Positions 33,005 through 44,734 are shown, counted from the first letter of the stretch. The stretch is 64,000 bases of DNA from Lautropia sp. SCN 69-89 (GCA_001724855.1 MEED01000018.1:27703-91702), one strand, 5' to 3'. The notes: generated from the sequence alone by a model not told the origin. Numbers and translations: made by a program.

Positions 33005-34966
33005 ATGAGACACCGTATCGCCCTTGCCGTGATTGTAGGACTGATCGGCGCGTGCACGCTGGCGCCGGTGCAGGCCGGCAAGCGCCCGGCGGCACGCATC
33101 GCGGCGACGATGAGCGCCGACGAAGCGCTGGTGGCAGCGCGCGAAGCGTTCGCGCGCAACGACCTCCCACGCTTCGAGGCCGCAGCCGCGCAGGCCGAAG
33201 GCCACCCGCTGGCCGAGTACCTCGAGTTCTGGCGGCTTCGCCTGCAACTGCAGCCGCCGCGTTCCGATGCGGCGCCCGGTGCGTCCGATGCCGCGATCCG
33301 CCGCTTCATCGACCGCCACCCGGGCACGATCGTGGCCGACCTGATGCGCCGCGACTGGCTGCTCGACCTCGGCCGCCGCGGACTATGGAGCGAGTTCGAC
33401 GGCGAATACGCGAAGTGGGTGCTGCGCGACGACGACGAAGTGCACTGCTATGCCTCGCTCGGACACCTGCAGCGCGGCGAGCCGGCGCCCGATGCGCGCG
33501 AGATCGTCTTCTCGGTGCGCCGCTTCGGCGACGGCTGCGGCGCGCTCTTCGATGAGATGGCGCGCTCGGGCGCGCTGCAGCCCGCCGACCTGCGCGCACG
33601 ACTGCGCGTGGCGATCGAAACCAACGGACCCGACACGATCCGGCGCACGGCCTCGGCGCTGGGCCTCGACCCCACCGCGGTCGAGGCGGCCTTGTCGAAG
33701 CCGTCGCGCGCGCTCGCTCAGTCCCCGGGCAGCGAGATCGCGCTGATCGCGCTGGGCAGGCTGGCGCGCGACGACCCGGCCGCCGCCGCGCAGAAGCTGC
33801 AGGCGGGCCTGGCCAAGCTGCGCGGCGAAGACCTCGACTTCGCCTGGTCGCAGGTCGCAGCCGCCGGCATGCGCCGCCTCGCACCCGAGTCGCTCGACTG
33901 GACGCGGCTGGCGCTGAAGGCGCCGGCCACCGACGAGACCTGGGTGTGGCTCGCGCGCGCGGCGCTGCGCGCGCAAGACTGGACCACGCTGCGCGCGGTG
34001 GTCGCGCGCATGTCCGAGTCCGGCCGGCGCGACCCCACCTGGATCTACTGGACGGCGCGCGCGATGCGCGAATCCGGCGAGTCGGCCGGCGCCGAGGCGC
34101 TGCTGCGCACGCTGGCCGGCCAGTTCAACTTCTACGGACAGCTCGCCGCCGAAGACCTCGGCCGCCTCACCTCGCCGCCGCCGCGCGCGGCTCCGCCCAC
34201 CGAGGCCGAACTCGCCGAGCCGGCGCGCAACGAAGGCTTCGCCCGCGCGCTCGAGTTCTACCGGCTCGGCCTGCGGCTCGAGGGCAATCGCGAATGGAAC
34301 TTCCAGCTGCGCGGCATGAACGACCGCCAGCTGCTCGCAGCGGCCGAATGGGCCTGCCAGCGCAAGGTGCTCGACCGCTGCGTGAACACCGCCGACCGCA
34401 CCGAGACCGAGCACGATTTCCGGCTGCGCTTCGTCTCGCCGTTCCTCGACGAGCTCGAGCCGGTGGCGGCCAGGCGCGGACTCGATCCCGCCTGGATCTA
34501 CGGACTGATCCGCCAGGAATCGCGCTTCATCATGGATGCCCGTTCCTGGGCCGGCGCGCAAGGGCTGATGCAGATCATGCCCGCGACGGCGCGCTGGATC
34601 GCGCGCAAGCTCGGCGAGCGCGACTTCCGCGTCGAGCAGTTGCACGACCTGCCCACCAACCTGCGCTTCGGCACCTTCTACCTGCGCAGCGTGCTCGACG
34701 ACCTCGAAGGCTCGCCGGTGCTCGCGTCGGCCGCCTACAACGCCGGCCCGGGGCGTCCGCGCAGCTGGCGCGCGATGCTGCCCCGCCCGGTCGAGGGAGC
34801 GATCTTCGCCGAGATCATCCCGTTCAACGAGACGCGCGACTACGTGAAGAAGGTGCTGTCGAACGCGGTCTTCTACGCCGCGCTGTTCTCGGGCGAACCG
34901 CAGTCGCTGAAGGCGCGGCTGGGCCTCGTGGCCCCGCAGCCCGCATCGCCCAGCGAGCTTCCCTGA
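33005..34966 (+). CDS. slt: Soluble lytic murein transglycosylase (Slt70-like)
   Basis: IRQESRF, GAQGLMQIMPATA, AAYNAGPGR, IPFNETRDYVKKV. Confidence 0.95.
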   Translation: MRHRIALAVIVGLIGACTLAPVQAGKRPAARIAATMSADEALVAAREAFARNDLPRFEAAAAQAEGHPLAEYLEFWRLRLQLQPPRSDAAPGASDAAIRRFIDRHPGTIVADLMRRDWLLDLGRRGLWSEFDGEYAKWVLRDDDEVHCYASLGHLQRGEPAPDAREIVFSVRRFGDGCGALFDEMARSGALQPADLRARLRVAIETNGPDTIRRTASALGLDPTAVEAALSKPSRALAQSPGSEIALIALGRLARDDPAAAAQKLQAGLAKLRGEDLDFAWSQVAAAGMRRLAPESLDWTRLALKAPATDETWVWLARAALRAQDWTTLRAVVARMSESGRRDPTWIYWTARAMRESGESAGAEALLRTLAGQFNFYGQLAAEDLGRLTSPPPRAAPPTEAELAEPARNEGFARALEFYRLGLRLEGNREWNFQLRGMNDRQLLAAAEWACQRKVLDRCVNTADRTETEHDFRLRFVSPFLDELEPVAARRGLDPAWIYGLIRQESRFIMDARSWAGAQGLMQIMPATARWIARKLGERDFRVEQLHDLPTNLRFGTFYLRSVLDDLEGSPVLASAAYNAGPGRPRSWRAMLPRPVEGAIFAEIIPFNETRDYVKKVLSNAVFYAALFSGEPQSLKARLGLVAPQPASPSELP

Positions 34967-34976
34967 TCGCGCGGAC

Positions 34977-35942
34977 ATGGCCCATGCGCGCATCCTGCTG
35001 ATCGGCGGCTCCGGCTTCATCGGCAGCCAGCTCGCCGCCCGCCTCGCCGCCGCCGGGAAGCGGGTAACGGTGCCCACACGGCGCTACGAGCGCGCCCGGC
35101 ACCTGCTGCCGCTGCCCACGGTCGAACTGGTCGAGGCCGACGTTCACGACGAGACGCAGCTGCGCCGGCTGGTGGCGCAGTCCGACGCGGTCATCAACCT
35201 GGTCGGCATCCTGCACGACCGTCGTGGCTCGCCCTGGGGCCCCGGATTCGACGCTGCGCACGTGCGCCTGCCCGCGAAGATCGTGGCAGCCTGCGCCCAC
35301 TCCGGCGTGCGCCGGCTGCTGCACATGTCCGCGCTGGGCGTGCGCGAAGGCGGCGAGCAGGCACTTCCGTCGATGTACCTGCGCTCGAAGGCCGCCGGCG
35401 AGCGGGCGGTGCGCGAAGGCTCCGCGCCCGACTGGACGATCTTCCGGCCCTCGGTCGTGTTCGGGCCCGGCGACCACTTCCTCAACCTGTTCGCGAGCCT
35501 GCAGGCCTGGCTGCCGGCGATGCCGCTCGGCCGCGCCGACGCCCGCTTCCAGCCGGTATACGTCGACGACGTCGCGCAGGCCTTCGTCAATGCGCTCGAC
35601 CTCCCCGCCACGCATCGAGGCTGCTACGAGCTCGCCGGTCCCGAGGTCTTCACGCTGCGCGAACTGGTCGCGCTGGCCGGTCGGCACTGCGGCCACCGTC
35701 GCCCGATCATCGCGCTGCCCGACGGGCCCGGACGACTGCAGGCGGCGCTGCTCGAGCTCGCACCCGGGCCGACGCTGATGTCGCGCGACAACTTCGACTC
35801 GATGGCGATCGACAACGTCGCAAGCGGCCCGATCGCGCCCGAGCTCGGGCTGACGCCCACGCCGCTGGGCGCGATCGCCCCGTCGTACCTGAGCCGCGGC
35901 CCGGCCCGCTACGGCATCGAGCGCATGCGCGCGCGCCGTTGA
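34977..35942 (+). CDS. Complex I NDUFA9-family NAD(P)-binding protein
   Basis: [33 protein letters not shown]; usual slt-cca neighbour. Confidence 0.9.
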   Translation: MAHARILLIGGSGFIGSQLAARLAAAGKRVTVPTRRYERARHLLPLPTVELVEADVHDETQLRRLVAQSDAVINLVGILHDRRGSPWGPGFDAAHVRLPAKIVAACAHSGVRRLLHMSALGVREGGEQALPSMYLRSKAAGERAVREGSAPDWTIFRPSVVFGPGDHFLNLFASLQAWLPAMPLGRADARFQPVYVDDVAQAFVNALDLPATHRGCYELAGPEVFTLRELVALAGRHCGHRRPIIALPDGPGRLQAALLELAPGPTLMSRDNFDSMAIDNVASGPIAPELGLTPTPLGAIAPSYLSRGPARYGIERMRARR

Positions 35943-35976
35943 GCGTCGCTGCCGTGCACACGCGGCGCGCTACCCG

Positions 35977-37212
35977 ATGAAGATCTACTGCGTCGGCGGC
36001 GCGGTGCGCGACGAACTGCTCGGGCTGCCGGTGAAGGACCACGACTGGGTGGTCGTCGGCGCCACGCCCGAGATGCTGATCGAGCGCGGCTTCCAGCCGG
36101 TCGGCCGCGACTTCCCGGTGTTCCTGCACCCTCAGACGCACGAGGAGTACGCGCTCGCGCGCACCGAGCGCAAGACCGCGCCGGGCTATCGCGGCTTCGC
36201 GGTGCACTACGCGCCCGACGTGACCCTCGAAGACGACCTGCTGCGCCGCGACCTCACGATCAACGCGATGGCGCGCGATGCCGACGGCACCCTGATCGAC
36301 CCGCACGGCGGGCTCGCCGACCTGCGCGCCGGCGTGCTGCGCCACGTCGGTGCCGCGTTCACCGAGGATCCGGTGCGGATCCTGCGCCTGGCGCGCTTCG
36401 CAGCGCGCTTCGACCGGTTCACCGTTGCCCCCGAGACGATGGCGCTGATGCGCCACATGGTCGAGCACGGCGAGGTCGACGCGCTGGTTCCCGAGCGCGT
36501 CTGGCAGGAACTGTCGCGCGGGCTGATGGAACGACATCCGTCGCGGATGTTCGCGGTCTTGCGCGACTGCGGCGCGCTGGCGCGCATCCTTCCGGAAGTC
36601 GAACGGCTCTGGGGCGTGCCCCAGCCGCCCGAGCATCATCCGGAGATCGACACCGGCGTGCACGTGATGATGGCGATCGACCATGCCGCGGCCACCGGGG
36701 CGCGGCTGGCGGTGCGCTTCGCCACGCTGCTGCACGACGTCGGCAAGGGAACGACGCCGCGCGAGCAATGGCCGCGCCACCCCGGGCACGAGGAACGCTC
36801 GCCGGCGCTCATCGACGCGCTGTGCGCGCGGCTGCGCGTCCCGGTGGAGTGCCGCGACCTGGCGCGACTGGTCGCGCGCGAGCACGAACTGATGCACCGC
36901 GCGCTCGAACTGCGCCCGGGCACCCTCGCCCGGCTGCTCGAGCGGCTCGACGTGCTTCGCAAGCCGCAGCGGCTCGACGACCTGATCGCGGCCTGCGAGT
37001 CCGACTGGCGCGGCCGGCTCGGTTTCGGCGACCGCCCGTGGCCTCAGGCCGAACGCCTGCGCCTGGGCGCCCAGGCGATGCGCGCGGTCGATGCCGGAGC
37101 GATCGCGGCCGCGCATGCCGACTCGAGCACCGGCCTCCGCGAGGCGATCCACGCCGCGCGCGTCGCCGCGGTCACCGCGGCGATCGGCGCTGCAGGCCGC
37201 GAGGGCGGCTGA
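35977..37212 (+). CDS. cca: Multifunctional CCA tRNA nucleotidyltransferase
   Basis: [36 protein letters not shown] domain LLHDVGK. Confidence 0.97.
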   Translation: MKIYCVGGAVRDELLGLPVKDHDWVVVGATPEMLIERGFQPVGRDFPVFLHPQTHEEYALARTERKTAPGYRGFAVHYAPDVTLEDDLLRRDLTINAMARDADGTLIDPHGGLADLRAGVLRHVGAAFTEDPVRILRLARFAARFDRFTVAPETMALMRHMVEHGEVDALVPERVWQELSRGLMERHPSRMFAVLRDCGALARILPEVERLWGVPQPPEHHPEIDTGVHVMMAIDHAAATGARLAVRFATLLHDVGKGTTPREQWPRHPGHEERSPALIDALCARLRVPVECRDLARLVAREHELMHRALELRPGTLARLLERLDVLRKPQRLDDLIAACESDWRGRLGFGDRPWPQAERLRLGAQAMRAVDAGAIAAAHADSSTGLREAIHAARVAAVTAAIGAAGREGG

Positions 37213-37214
37213 AT

Positions 37215-37409
37215 TCAGAGCAGCTTCGCGATCAGCGCCGCCAGCAGCGACAGCAGCACCGTCGAGGCCAGCGGGATCGACCAGTCGCGCCCGAACGCGC
37301 GGAACGCGAAATCGCCCGGCAGCCGGCCGATGCCGAAACGGCGCAGCAGCGGCATCAGGCCCGAGAACAGCACCAGCGCCAGCGTCACCACCAGCAGCCA
37401 CTTGAGCAT
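37215..37409 (-). CDS. DUF2905-family small membrane protein
   Basis: GIGRLPGDF..IPLASTVLLS. Confidence 0.85.
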   Translation of the reverse strand: MLKWLLVVTLALVLFSGLMPLLRRFGIGRLPGDFAFRAFGRDWSIPLASTVLLSLLAALIAKLL

Positions 37410-37421
37410 GGTGGTGCGCCG

Positions 37422-38615
37422 TCAGCCCAGCGCGCCGCGCCGGTCGCGCGTGGCGAAGCCCGGCGCGTCGTCGGGCACGCCGCGGCCGAACGCGATCGCC
37501 TTGAACAGTTCGCCCATTTCGGCTTCCGACAACAGCATCTGCGCCGCCTGCGCCTGCTTCGCCCACAGCCGGGCATCGTCGCGCGGCATCTGCGCCAGGC
37601 GATCGAGCAGCCCGCAATCGAGCAGGAAGCGCGCCTGCGAGTTGTAGCCCAGCGCCTGCAGCCCGGCGCCGAGCGCCGCGCGGCTCACCGCGGTGAAGTC
37701 GACGTGCGCGGTGATGTCCTGCAGGCCCGGCCAGACGAACGGATCGCCGTGCACCCGATGCCGGTAGTGGCACTGCAGCGTGCCGGTGCTGCGGTGCGCA
37801 TGGTAGTACTCGGTGCGCGGAAAGCCGTAGTCGAGCAGCAGCATCGCGCCGTGCGCCAGCCGCCCGGCCACCGTGGCCACCCAGCCCTGGGCCTGCTCGC
37901 CGATCTCCGAGACGTAGTCGCCGGCCGGCTCGCCACCTTCGGCCCAGGCTTCGCGCAGCGTGGCCAGCACGTGGGCGGCAAAGGCGTCGTCGGCAGGCCG
38001 GTCGGCGAACGCGAAGCTGCCGCCCTGCGGCACGCAGGCCACGCCGCGTTCGAGCACCGCGCCTTCGTGCCAGCGAAACAGCCGCACCGGCATCGCGTCG
38101 AGCACCTCGTTGGCCACCACGACTCCCTCGATCCGCTCGGGCAGCGCTTCGAGCCACTCGACACGGCCGGCGAGCGCGGGCACGCGCGCCGACAGCGTCT
38201 CGCGCTGCAGCGCGCGCAACGGAGCCGACACCTCGACGATCGAGTAACGCTCGGGGGCGCTGCCGAGCGCGTCGAGCGACGCGAGCAGCTGCGCGGCCAG
38301 CGCCCCCGAGCCCGCGCCGAACTCGACGATCGCGGCCGGTGTCGCATCGAACCAGTGGGCGCACTGCGCCGCCAGGCACTGCCCGAAAAGCGGCGACAGC
38401 TCGGGCGCCGTAACGAAGTCGCCGTCGGCGCCGAACTTGCGGCTGCCACCCGCGTAGTAACCGAGCGCCGGCTCGTACAGCGCCATCGCCATGTAGCGAT
38501 CGAAGCCGATCCAGCCGCCTGCGCGGCCGATCGCGCCGGCGATGCGGCCGGCCAGTTCGCGCGAGGCCTGCGCGGCGGGTGCCGCCGGCGTCGGCAGGAT
38601 GTCGGCGGCGGCCAC
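37422..38615 (-). CDS. SAM-dependent methyltransferase, MidA/NDUFAF7 family
   Basis: GDFVTAPELS, EFGAGSG, ANEVLDAMP, DYG, QDITAHVDF, MGELFK. Confidence 0.92.
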   Translation of the reverse strand: MAAADILPTPAAPAAQASRELAGRIAGAIGRAGGWIGFDRYMAMALYEPALGYYAGGSRKFGADGDFVTAPELSPLFGQCLAAQCAHWFDATPAAIVEFGAGSGALAAQLLASLDALGSAPERYSIVEVSAPLRALQRETLSARVPALAGRVEWLEALPERIEGVVVANEVLDAMPVRLFRWHEGAVLERGVACVPQGGSFAFADRPADDAFAAHVLATLREAWAEGGEPAGDYVSEIGEQAQGWVATVAGRLAHGAMLLLDYGFPRTEYYHAHRSTGTLQCHYRHRVHGDPFVWPGLQDITAHVDFTAVSRAALGAGLQALGYNSQARFLLDCGLLDRLAQMPRDDARLWAKQAQAAQMLLSEAEMGELFKAIAFGRGVPDDAPGFATRDRRGALG

Positions 38616-38643
38616 GCCCCGAAGCCCCCGGCTGCGCCCCGCG

Positions 38644-39576
38644 TCAGCGCGGCGCGCTCGTGGCGCCCGCCCCGGGCGAGCCGGCCGCTGCGAGCAACTC
38701 GTCGATGCGGCGGTCCTTGCGTTCCCACAACTCGTGCAGCCACGCCTGCACCTGCTTGCGCAGCTTCGAGTCGCTCATGAAGTTGCCGCTCGCGAAGCCG
38801 GGCGGAATCGGATGGCGGTCGACGCGCACCACGATGCGCGTGACGTCGCCGCGCAGGAAATCCCAGAAGCTGGGCACGCCGCCCGGATAGACGATCGTCA
38901 CGTCGATCATCGAGTCGAACTTGTCTCCCAGCGCGGCCAGCGACAGCGCGAGCGCGCCGGCCTTCGGCTTGAGCAGGTGGCGATAGGGCGAGCGCTGCGC
39001 CGCGTGCTTCGCGGCAGTGAAGCGCGTGCCTTCGACGAAGTTCATCACGCTGGTGGGCACGAGCGCGAACTTCGCGCACGCACGCCGCGTCGTCTCGAGG
39101 TCTTCCATGCGCTTTTCGGGATGTTTCCTCAGGTACTGCTCGGAGTGCCTGCGCATGAACGGAAAGTCGAGCGCCCACCACGCCAGCCCCATGATCGGCA
39201 CGTAGATCAGCTCGCGCTTCAGGAAGAACTTGAGCAGCGGGATGCGCCGGTTGAACAGGTGCTGCAGCACGAAGATGTCGACCCAGGTCTGGTGGTTCGC
39301 GCAGACCATGTACCAGCCGCGCCAGGCGAAGCCTTCGAGCCCCTCGACGTCCCAGGCGGTGCGCTGGGTCAGGCGCATCCAGCCGCTATTGCCGGCAATC
39401 CAGCGCGTGGCGACGCCGTTGAGCAGCGGGTCGATCGCGGCTCGCACCGGCGCGAACGGCAGCGCGAGCTTCACCAGCGCCAGCGCGAACAGCAGCAGGC
39501 ACCAGAACAGCGTGTTCGCCACCAGCATCAGGAACGCCGCGACCGCGCGCGCGCTCGGGGGAAGGAAGCTCAGCAT
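38644..39576 (-). CDS. Acyltransferase (YihG-like, PlsC superfamily)
   Basis: NHQTWVD, FFLKRELIYVP, FVEGTRF, LLKPKAG. Confidence 0.9.
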   Translation of the reverse strand: MLSFLPPSARAVAAFLMLVANTLFWCLLLFALALVKLALPFAPVRAAIDPLLNGVATRWIAGNSGWMRLTQRTAWDVEGLEGFAWRGWYMVCANHQTWVDIFVLQHLFNRRIPLLKFFLKRELIYVPIMGLAWWALDFPFMRRHSEQYLRKHPEKRMEDLETTRRACAKFALVPTSVMNFVEGTRFTAAKHAAQRSPYRHLLKPKAGALALSLAALGDKFDSMIDVTIVYPGGVPSFWDFLRGDVTRIVVRVDRHPIPPGFASGNFMSDSKLRKQVQAWLHELWERKDRRIDELLAAAGSPGAGATSAPR

Positions 39577-39669
39577 GCTCGCCAGTGTCCGGGGCTCCGG
39601 GAAGAAGCGCCGATCGTACCAGCCCGGCCCGCCGCCCGATGCATGGCGATGCATTAAACTTGCGACGCC

Positions 39670-40443
39670 TTGCCCGCCTTCGACATGGAAACGGACTGCG
39701 TCGTCCTCGTCACCGGCGCGGCCCGACGCATCGGCGCCGGGATCGCGCGCCACCTGCACGCCCTGGGATGCAGCGTCGTGCTGCACCACCGGCATTCGGC
39801 CGACGACGCCCGGCAACTGGCCGCATCGCTGAACGAGTCGCGCGCCGACTCCGCGCTGGCGGTCGCCGCCGAGCTGTCCGACGCGCAGCAATGCGCGCGC
39901 CTGGTCGACGAGGCGGCGCACTGGAAGAACCGGCTCGACGCGCTGGTGAACAACGCATCGAGCTTCTACCGCACGCCCCTGGGCAGCATCGACGAGCGCC
40001 AGTGGTCGGAACTCGTCGACGGCAACCTGAAGGCGGCGCTGTTCACGACCCAGGCGGCGGCCCCGTGGCTGCGGCTGCGCGGCGGCGCGATCGTCAACCT
40101 CTGCGACGTGCATACCGAGCGCCCGCTGCCGCAGTTCTCGGTGTACACCGCGGCCAAGGCCGGCATCGTCGCGCTCACGCGCGCGCACGCCCTCGAGCTG
40201 GCGCCGCGGGTGCGCGTGAACGCGGTGTCGCCGGGCTCGCTCGACTGGCCCGAGCAGCCGGTCTTCAGCGACGACGAGCGCCACGCCGCCGAGGCGTCGA
40301 TTCCGCTCGGCCGCCTGGGCAACGCCCGCGACATCGCCCGCGCGGTCGAGTTCCTGCTCTTCGGCAACGATTACGTCACCGGCCACGTGCTGAACGTCGA
40401 CGGCGGCAGCAGCCTGGTTTCCCACTGGGCCGAGTCGCGCTGA
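39670..40443 (+). CDS. folM: Pteridine reductase (SDR)
   Basis: [27 protein letters not shown]; adjacent to folB. Confidence 0.82.
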   Translation: MPAFDMETDCVVLVTGAARRIGAGIARHLHALGCSVVLHHRHSADDARQLAASLNESRADSALAVAAELSDAQQCARLVDEAAHWKNRLDALVNNASSFYRTPLGSIDERQWSELVDGNLKAALFTTQAAAPWLRLRGGAIVNLCDVHTERPLPQFSVYTAAKAGIVALTRAHALELAPRVRVNAVSPGSLDWPEQPVFSDDERHAAEASIPLGRLGNARDIARAVEFLLFGNDYVTGHVLNVDGGSSLVSHWAESR

Positions 40444-40475
40444 CGCGGCCGCCGCCCCTTCCCGAACCGTTCATC

Positions 40476-40850
40476 ATGCAAGACATCTTCCACGACTGCT
40501 ATCGCATCCTCGTGCAGGGCATCGAGATCGACTGCTTTCTCGGCGTGTACGAGCGCGAGCAGGCGCGCCGCCGGCCGGTGGTGATCGAGGTCGAGCTGTA
40601 CGTGCCTCACGCCGGGAAGATCTCGCGCCGCGACACGCTGTCCGAGACGGTCAACTACGAGCGCGTCGTCGAGGCGGTCGAGCGGATCGTCGCCGACCGA
40701 CGCTTCAAGCTGGTCGAGACGCTGTGCGCCGAGCTCGCCGACGACCTCGCGCGACTGCCCGGCCTGCGCGCACTGAAGGTGTCGGTCACCAAACCGCAAC
40801 CGCTGCCGCGCGCGCGCGCAGTGCGGGTCGAGGTCTGGAGGCATCCGTGA
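40476..40850 (+). CDS. folB: Dihydroneopterin aldolase
   Basis: LGVYERE, TVNYE, FKLVETL, VTKP. Confidence 0.88.
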   Translation: MQDIFHDCYRILVQGIEIDCFLGVYEREQARRRPVVIEVELYVPHAGKISRRDTLSETVNYERVVEAVERIVADRRFKLVETLCAELADDLARLPGLRALKVSVTKPQPLPRARAVRVEVWRHP

Positions 40851-41758
40851 ACGCGATCGAGCCGCCGGCCACGCGCCGCGAGGAAAAGCTCGCCTACGAG
40901 CGCAACAAGCTGCACAAGCGGCTGCTGCGCCAGACCGGACAGGCGATCGCCGACTTCGGGATGATCGAGGCCGGCGACCGGGTGATGGTCTGCCTGTCCG
41001 GCGGCAAGGACAGCTACGCGCTGCTCGACCTGCTGATCACGCTGCGCAACCGCGCCCCGGTCGCCTTCGACCTCGTTGCGGTCAACCTCGACCAGAAGCA
41101 GCCGGGGTTTCCGGCCCACGTGCTGCCGCGCTACCTCGAATCGCGCGGGGTGCCCTTCCACATCGAGAACCAGGACACCTATTCGATCGTCACCCGGGTG
41201 ATTCCGGAGGGGCGCACGATGTGCTCGCTGTGCTCGCGGCTGCGCCGCGGCATCCTGTATCGCGTGGCCGACGAGCTCGGCGCGACGAAGATCGCACTGG
41301 GCCACCATCGCGACGACATCCTCGAGACCTTCTTCCTGAACATGTTCTTCGGTGGCAAGCTCAAGGCGATGCCGCCCAAGCTCGTCTCCGACGACGGCCG
41401 GCACATCGTGATCAGGCCGCTCGCCTACGCGAGGGAGGAAGATCTCGCCGGGTTTGCGCAGTGGCGCGAGTTCCCGATCATCCCGTGCAACCTGTGCGGG
41501 TCGCAGGAAAACCTGAAGCGCCGCGAGATCAAGCAGCTGCTGCGCGACTGGGAACGGCGCTTTCCCGGGCGCGTCGAGAACGCGTTCGCGGCGCTCGGCC
41601 GCCTCACGCCTTCGCACCTGATGGACCGCGAGCGCTTCGACTTCGCGGGCCTGCGCGCCACCGGCGAACCGATGCCCGACGGCGACATCGCGTTCGACGC
41701 AGATCCGTCGCTCGATTCGCCGCCTGTGTTGCCGCCTGAGTCACCGCGTCAGTTGTAG
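40847..41758 (+). CDS. ttcA: tRNA 2-thiocytidine biosynthesis protein TtcA
   Basis: [25 protein letters not shown]; GTG start. Confidence 0.96.
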   Translation: MNAIEPPATRREEKLAYERNKLHKRLLRQTGQAIADFGMIEAGDRVMVCLSGGKDSYALLDLLITLRNRAPVAFDLVAVNLDQKQPGFPAHVLPRYLESRGVPFHIENQDTYSIVTRVIPEGRTMCSLCSRLRRGILYRVADELGATKIALGHHRDDILETFFLNMFFGGKLKAMPPKLVSDDGRHIVIRPLAYAREEDLAGFAQWREFPIIPCNLCGSQENLKRREIKQLLRDWERRFPGRVENAFAALGRLTPSHLMDRERFDFAGLRATGEPMPDGDIAFDADPSLDSPPVLPPESPRQL

Positions 41759-42753
41759 GCGCTGCGGCTCAGCGTTTCGGAGGGCAGTTCGCCGAACATC
41801 CGGCGGTAGTCGGAGGCGAAATGGCTCAGGTGCCAGAAGCCCCAGCGCGCGGCGATGTCCTGCACCGACCCGCATCGCTGGTCGGCCGCCTTCAGCGCGC
41901 GGCGCACGCCGTTCAGCCGCAGCGCCCTGAGATAGCTCACCGGGTTGACCCGCAGCACCTCGCGAAAGCTGTATTGCAGCGTGCGCCGGCTCACCCCGAG
42001 CTCGCGGCACAGGTCTTCGATCGTGAGCGGCTCCTCGACGTGCTCGCGCATGTAGTCCTGCGCGCGGCTGACGATCGCGTGGCCGCGCGTCGGCGCGTCG
42101 CAGCCGGGGCGCTGCTCGCCGCCGGGCTCCAGCACGTCGAGCACCGCGCCGAAGATCGCGTGGCCGAGCGCCTTCTGCATCGCCGGATGCTGCAGCTTCT
42201 CGGGGTTGTGCGAGATCGATTCCAGGGCCATCAGCAGCAGCTTGCGGAAGCGGTCGACGCGCGCGGGCGGCGGCGACGTGACGAACACGCCGCACAGCTC
42301 GCGCTCGATGTCGCGTTGCTCGACCTCCAGCGCGTAGCGGCTCAGCGCGTCGATCGGCATCGACACCGCCACCAGGTCGAGCCTGGGCGGCGAGCGCAGG
42401 TCGAGCTCCTGGCCGTCGCGCAGCACGATCACGGAGTCGCGACAGATCGGTCGGCCGCCGTGATAGCCCTCGACCTCGGTATCGACCGGCACGCCGAACA
42501 TGTACGCGCCCGCGCGCCCGCTGCCCGATTCGTGGATCACCTGGTTGGTGGTCTCGCGAAACAGCTGGATGTCGCGAAACAGCGCCTCGACGAGGCTGCC
42601 CTCGAACGGCCCCGGGGTGAGCTGCTCGTAGACCTGGTCCCAGGCGCTGAGCCGCGCCGCGTGCTCGTCGGCATCGCGCGAGAGCAGCCGGGCGAACGAA
42701 TACTGCTCGCCGCCTGCGCATCGGTTCGTCGCTTCCCGGTCGATTCCGATCAT
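41749..42753 (-). CDS. AraC-family regulator, EutR-like
   Basis: [27 protein letters not shown]-terminus; Ara[44 protein letters not shown]; divergent from mauB. Confidence 0.9.
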   Translation of the reverse strand: MIGIDREATNRCAGGEQYSFARLLSRDADEHAARLSAWDQVYEQLTPGPFEGSLVEALFRDIQLFRETTNQVIHESGSGRAGAYMFGVPVDTEVEGYHGGRPICRDSVIVLRDGQELDLRSPPRLDLVAVSMPIDALSRYALEVEQRDIERELCGVFVTSPPPARVDRFRKLLLMALESISHNPEKLQHPAMQKALGHAIFGAVLDVLEPGGEQRPGCDAPTRGHAIVSRAQDYMREHVEEPLTIEDLCRELGVSRRTLQYSFREVLRVNPVSYLRALRLNGVRRALKAADQRCGSVQDIAARWGFWHLSHFASDYRRMFGELPSETLSRSAYN

Positions 42754-42884
42754 CGTCGGCCCCCAGCGTTCGTTGCGGTGTTCGCAGCGGCCCCGGGGCG
42801 CCTGCGGGCGCCTCCGGACAGACGATCGAGTTAACACCATCGACCCGCTCGTGGCAATGATCGGGTCGGGTTTTTCGGGTATCC

Positions 42885-42898
42885 GTTGCATATGCAAC
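42885..42898. promoter_or_regulatory. Perfect 14-bp palindrome GTTGCATATGCAAC in the divergent promoter region
   Basis: Seen directly; a second palindrome ATGCACC-N5-GGTGCAT lies at 42916-42934. Confidence 0.5.
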
Positions 42899-43031
42899 CA
42901 TCTTCAGGCAGCACAATGCACCAAGAAGGTGCATCTCCGGTTGCCGTTTTCGGCTAACGCGCCAGCGCCGTCCGAATCTAGAATCCTCCGGGCGTTTCGG
43001 CGAAGACCGGAACCCTCAGAGGAGACCGCAC

Positions 43032-44183
43032 GTGGTGAGTCGCAGCATCCCCCGGCAGCTGGCCGGTCTGGTCCTGGCCCTCGGCCTGGCCGCGGCCCAG
43101 GCGGAATCGTTGCCCGAGAAACAAACCGTCACGACCCCGTCGCCGGCCGGGCCGTACCGGGTCTACGTCTCCGATATCGCGATCAACCACATGGTCGACG
43201 GCCGGCTGCACGTGATCGACGTCGACACCGCGCGCTATGTCGGGGTCATTCCCAGCGCGTTCGCCGGCCAGTCGGTGCTGTCGCCCGACCGCAAGGAGAT
43301 CTACGTCTCCACCACCTACTATTCGCGGCTGTCGCGCGGCACCCGAACCGAGGTGATCGACATCTGGGACAGCGTCACGCTCGCGCACAAGGGCGAGATC
43401 GCGATTCCCGACCGGCGCGCCCAGGCGCTGAACTACAAGGGCCTGATCACCGTCTCGGCCGACGGGCGCTGGCTGTTCGTGCAGAACGCCACGCCGGCGA
43501 GCACGGTCAGCGTGATCGACCTGCGCCAGCGCAGGCTGGCGAGCGAAATCGCGACCTCGGGCTGCTGGCTCGCGCTGCCGGTGCAAAGCGCGCCGCAGCG
43601 TTTCGCCACGCTGTGCGGCGACGGAACGATCGAGACCGTCACCCTCGACGAGGCCGGCGCGCTGAAGGCCCGCACCCGCAGCGAGCCGTTCTTCGACGCC
43701 GACGTCGACCCGGTCTTCGTGCATTCCGAGACGATCGGCGACCGCTACTTCTTCGTGTCCTACCTCGGCCAGGTCCACGAGGTCGATCTTTCGCAGGACA
43801 AGCCGAAGGCCCTGGGGCGCTGGCCGCTGGTGCAGGGGGCCGACGCGAAGAAGGGCTGGCGGCCGGGCGGCTACCAGCTGTTCGCGGTCCACGCGGCCAG
43901 CGGGCGGCTGTACGTCGCAATGCACCCGAACGGCGCCGAGGGGTCGCACAAGAATCCCGCCGCGGAGATCTGGGCGTTCGACATCGCCACGCACAAGCGC
44001 ATCGGCCGCATGCCGGGCCACAACGCGATCGCACTGGCCGCAGTGCAGGGCACGGGACCGCGGCTGGTGGCCCTCGACGGCGCGACCATGGGGCTGGTGC
44101 TGATCGACGCGGGCGCCAAGCCGCGCGTGATCTCGCGGATGGATGCGATCGCCGATTCGGCCACCCAGCTGGAACTGCAATGA
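43032..44183 (+). CDS. mauB: TTQ amine dehydrogenase large (beta-propeller) subunit
   Basis: Signal peptide; STTYYSRLSRGTRTEVI, QNATPASTVSVID, CWLALP..FATLCGDG, WRPGGYQ, LYVAMH..HKNPA. Confidence 0.92.
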   Translation: MVSRSIPRQLAGLVLALGLAAAQAESLPEKQTVTTPSPAGPYRVYVSDIAINHMVDGRLHVIDVDTARYVGVIPSAFAGQSVLSPDRKEIYVSTTYYSRLSRGTRTEVIDIWDSVTLAHKGEIAIPDRRAQALNYKGLITVSADGRWLFVQNATPASTVSVIDLRQRRLASEIATSGCWLALPVQSAPQRFATLCGDGTIETVTLDEAGALKARTRSEPFFDADVDPVFVHSETIGDRYFFVSYLGQVHEVDLSQDKPKALGRWPLVQGADAKKGWRPGGYQLFAVHAASGRLYVAMHPNGAEGSHKNPAAEIWAFDIATHKRIGRMPGHNAIALAAVQGTGPRLVALDGATMGLVLIDAGAKPRVISRMDAIADSATQLELQ

Positions 44184-44734
44184 TGCCGGCCTTCGCAGCC
44201 GACCCGGTCCTCGGGCACGCGGCGGCGGCGGCGCTGGCGATCGTGCTGCTCGCCGGCGCCTGGCACAAGCTCGCCGACCTCGACGCCTTCACGCTCGCCG
44301 TCGAGCGCTACCGGCTGCTCGGCCCGGCCGGCGCTCGGGTTACCGCGCTGCTGCTGCCGCCCGTCGAAGCGCTGGCCGGACTTGCGCTGCTGCATCCGGC
44401 CTCGCGCGCCGCCGGGGCGGGGTTGGCCGCCGCGATCCTGCTGCTGGTCACCGGGGCGGTCGCCATCAACCTGCTGCGCGGCCGGCGCGACATCGACTGC
44501 GGATGCGGCGCACCGGGCTCGGGGCGGCGCCTGTCCTGGATCCTGGTGGCGCGCAACGCCGCGCTGGTCGCGCTGTGCGCGCTCGCCGCCGCCCCGGAGT
44601 CGCCGCGCGAGCTGGTCTGGCTCGACGGCTTCACCACCGCGTTCGCCGCGCTCGCGCTGTGGGCCGTCTACGGCGCGGTCAACGAGCTGTTCTCCGACAC
44701 GCAACGCTTCTCCGCCTCACGGACCGAACCATGA
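44183..44734 (+). CDS. mauE: Methylamine utilisation membrane protein MauE
   Basis: AGWHKL, INLLRGRRDIDCGCG, LVARN. Confidence 0.92.
   Translation: MPAFAADPVLGHAAAAALAIVLLAGAWHKLADLDAFTLAVERYRLLGPAGARVTALLLPPVEALAGLALLHPASRAAGAGLAAAILLLVTGAVAINLLRGRRDIDCGCGAPGSGRRLSWILVARNAALVALCALAAAPESPRELVWLDGFTTAFAALALWAVYGAVNELFSDTQRFSASRTEP

Noticed and set aside
42754-43031. FNR/Dnr box or sigma54 promoter for the Nod-like gene
   Set aside because: No TTGAT-N4-ATCAA or clear GG-N10-GC consensus found; TTGCATATGCAA does not fit
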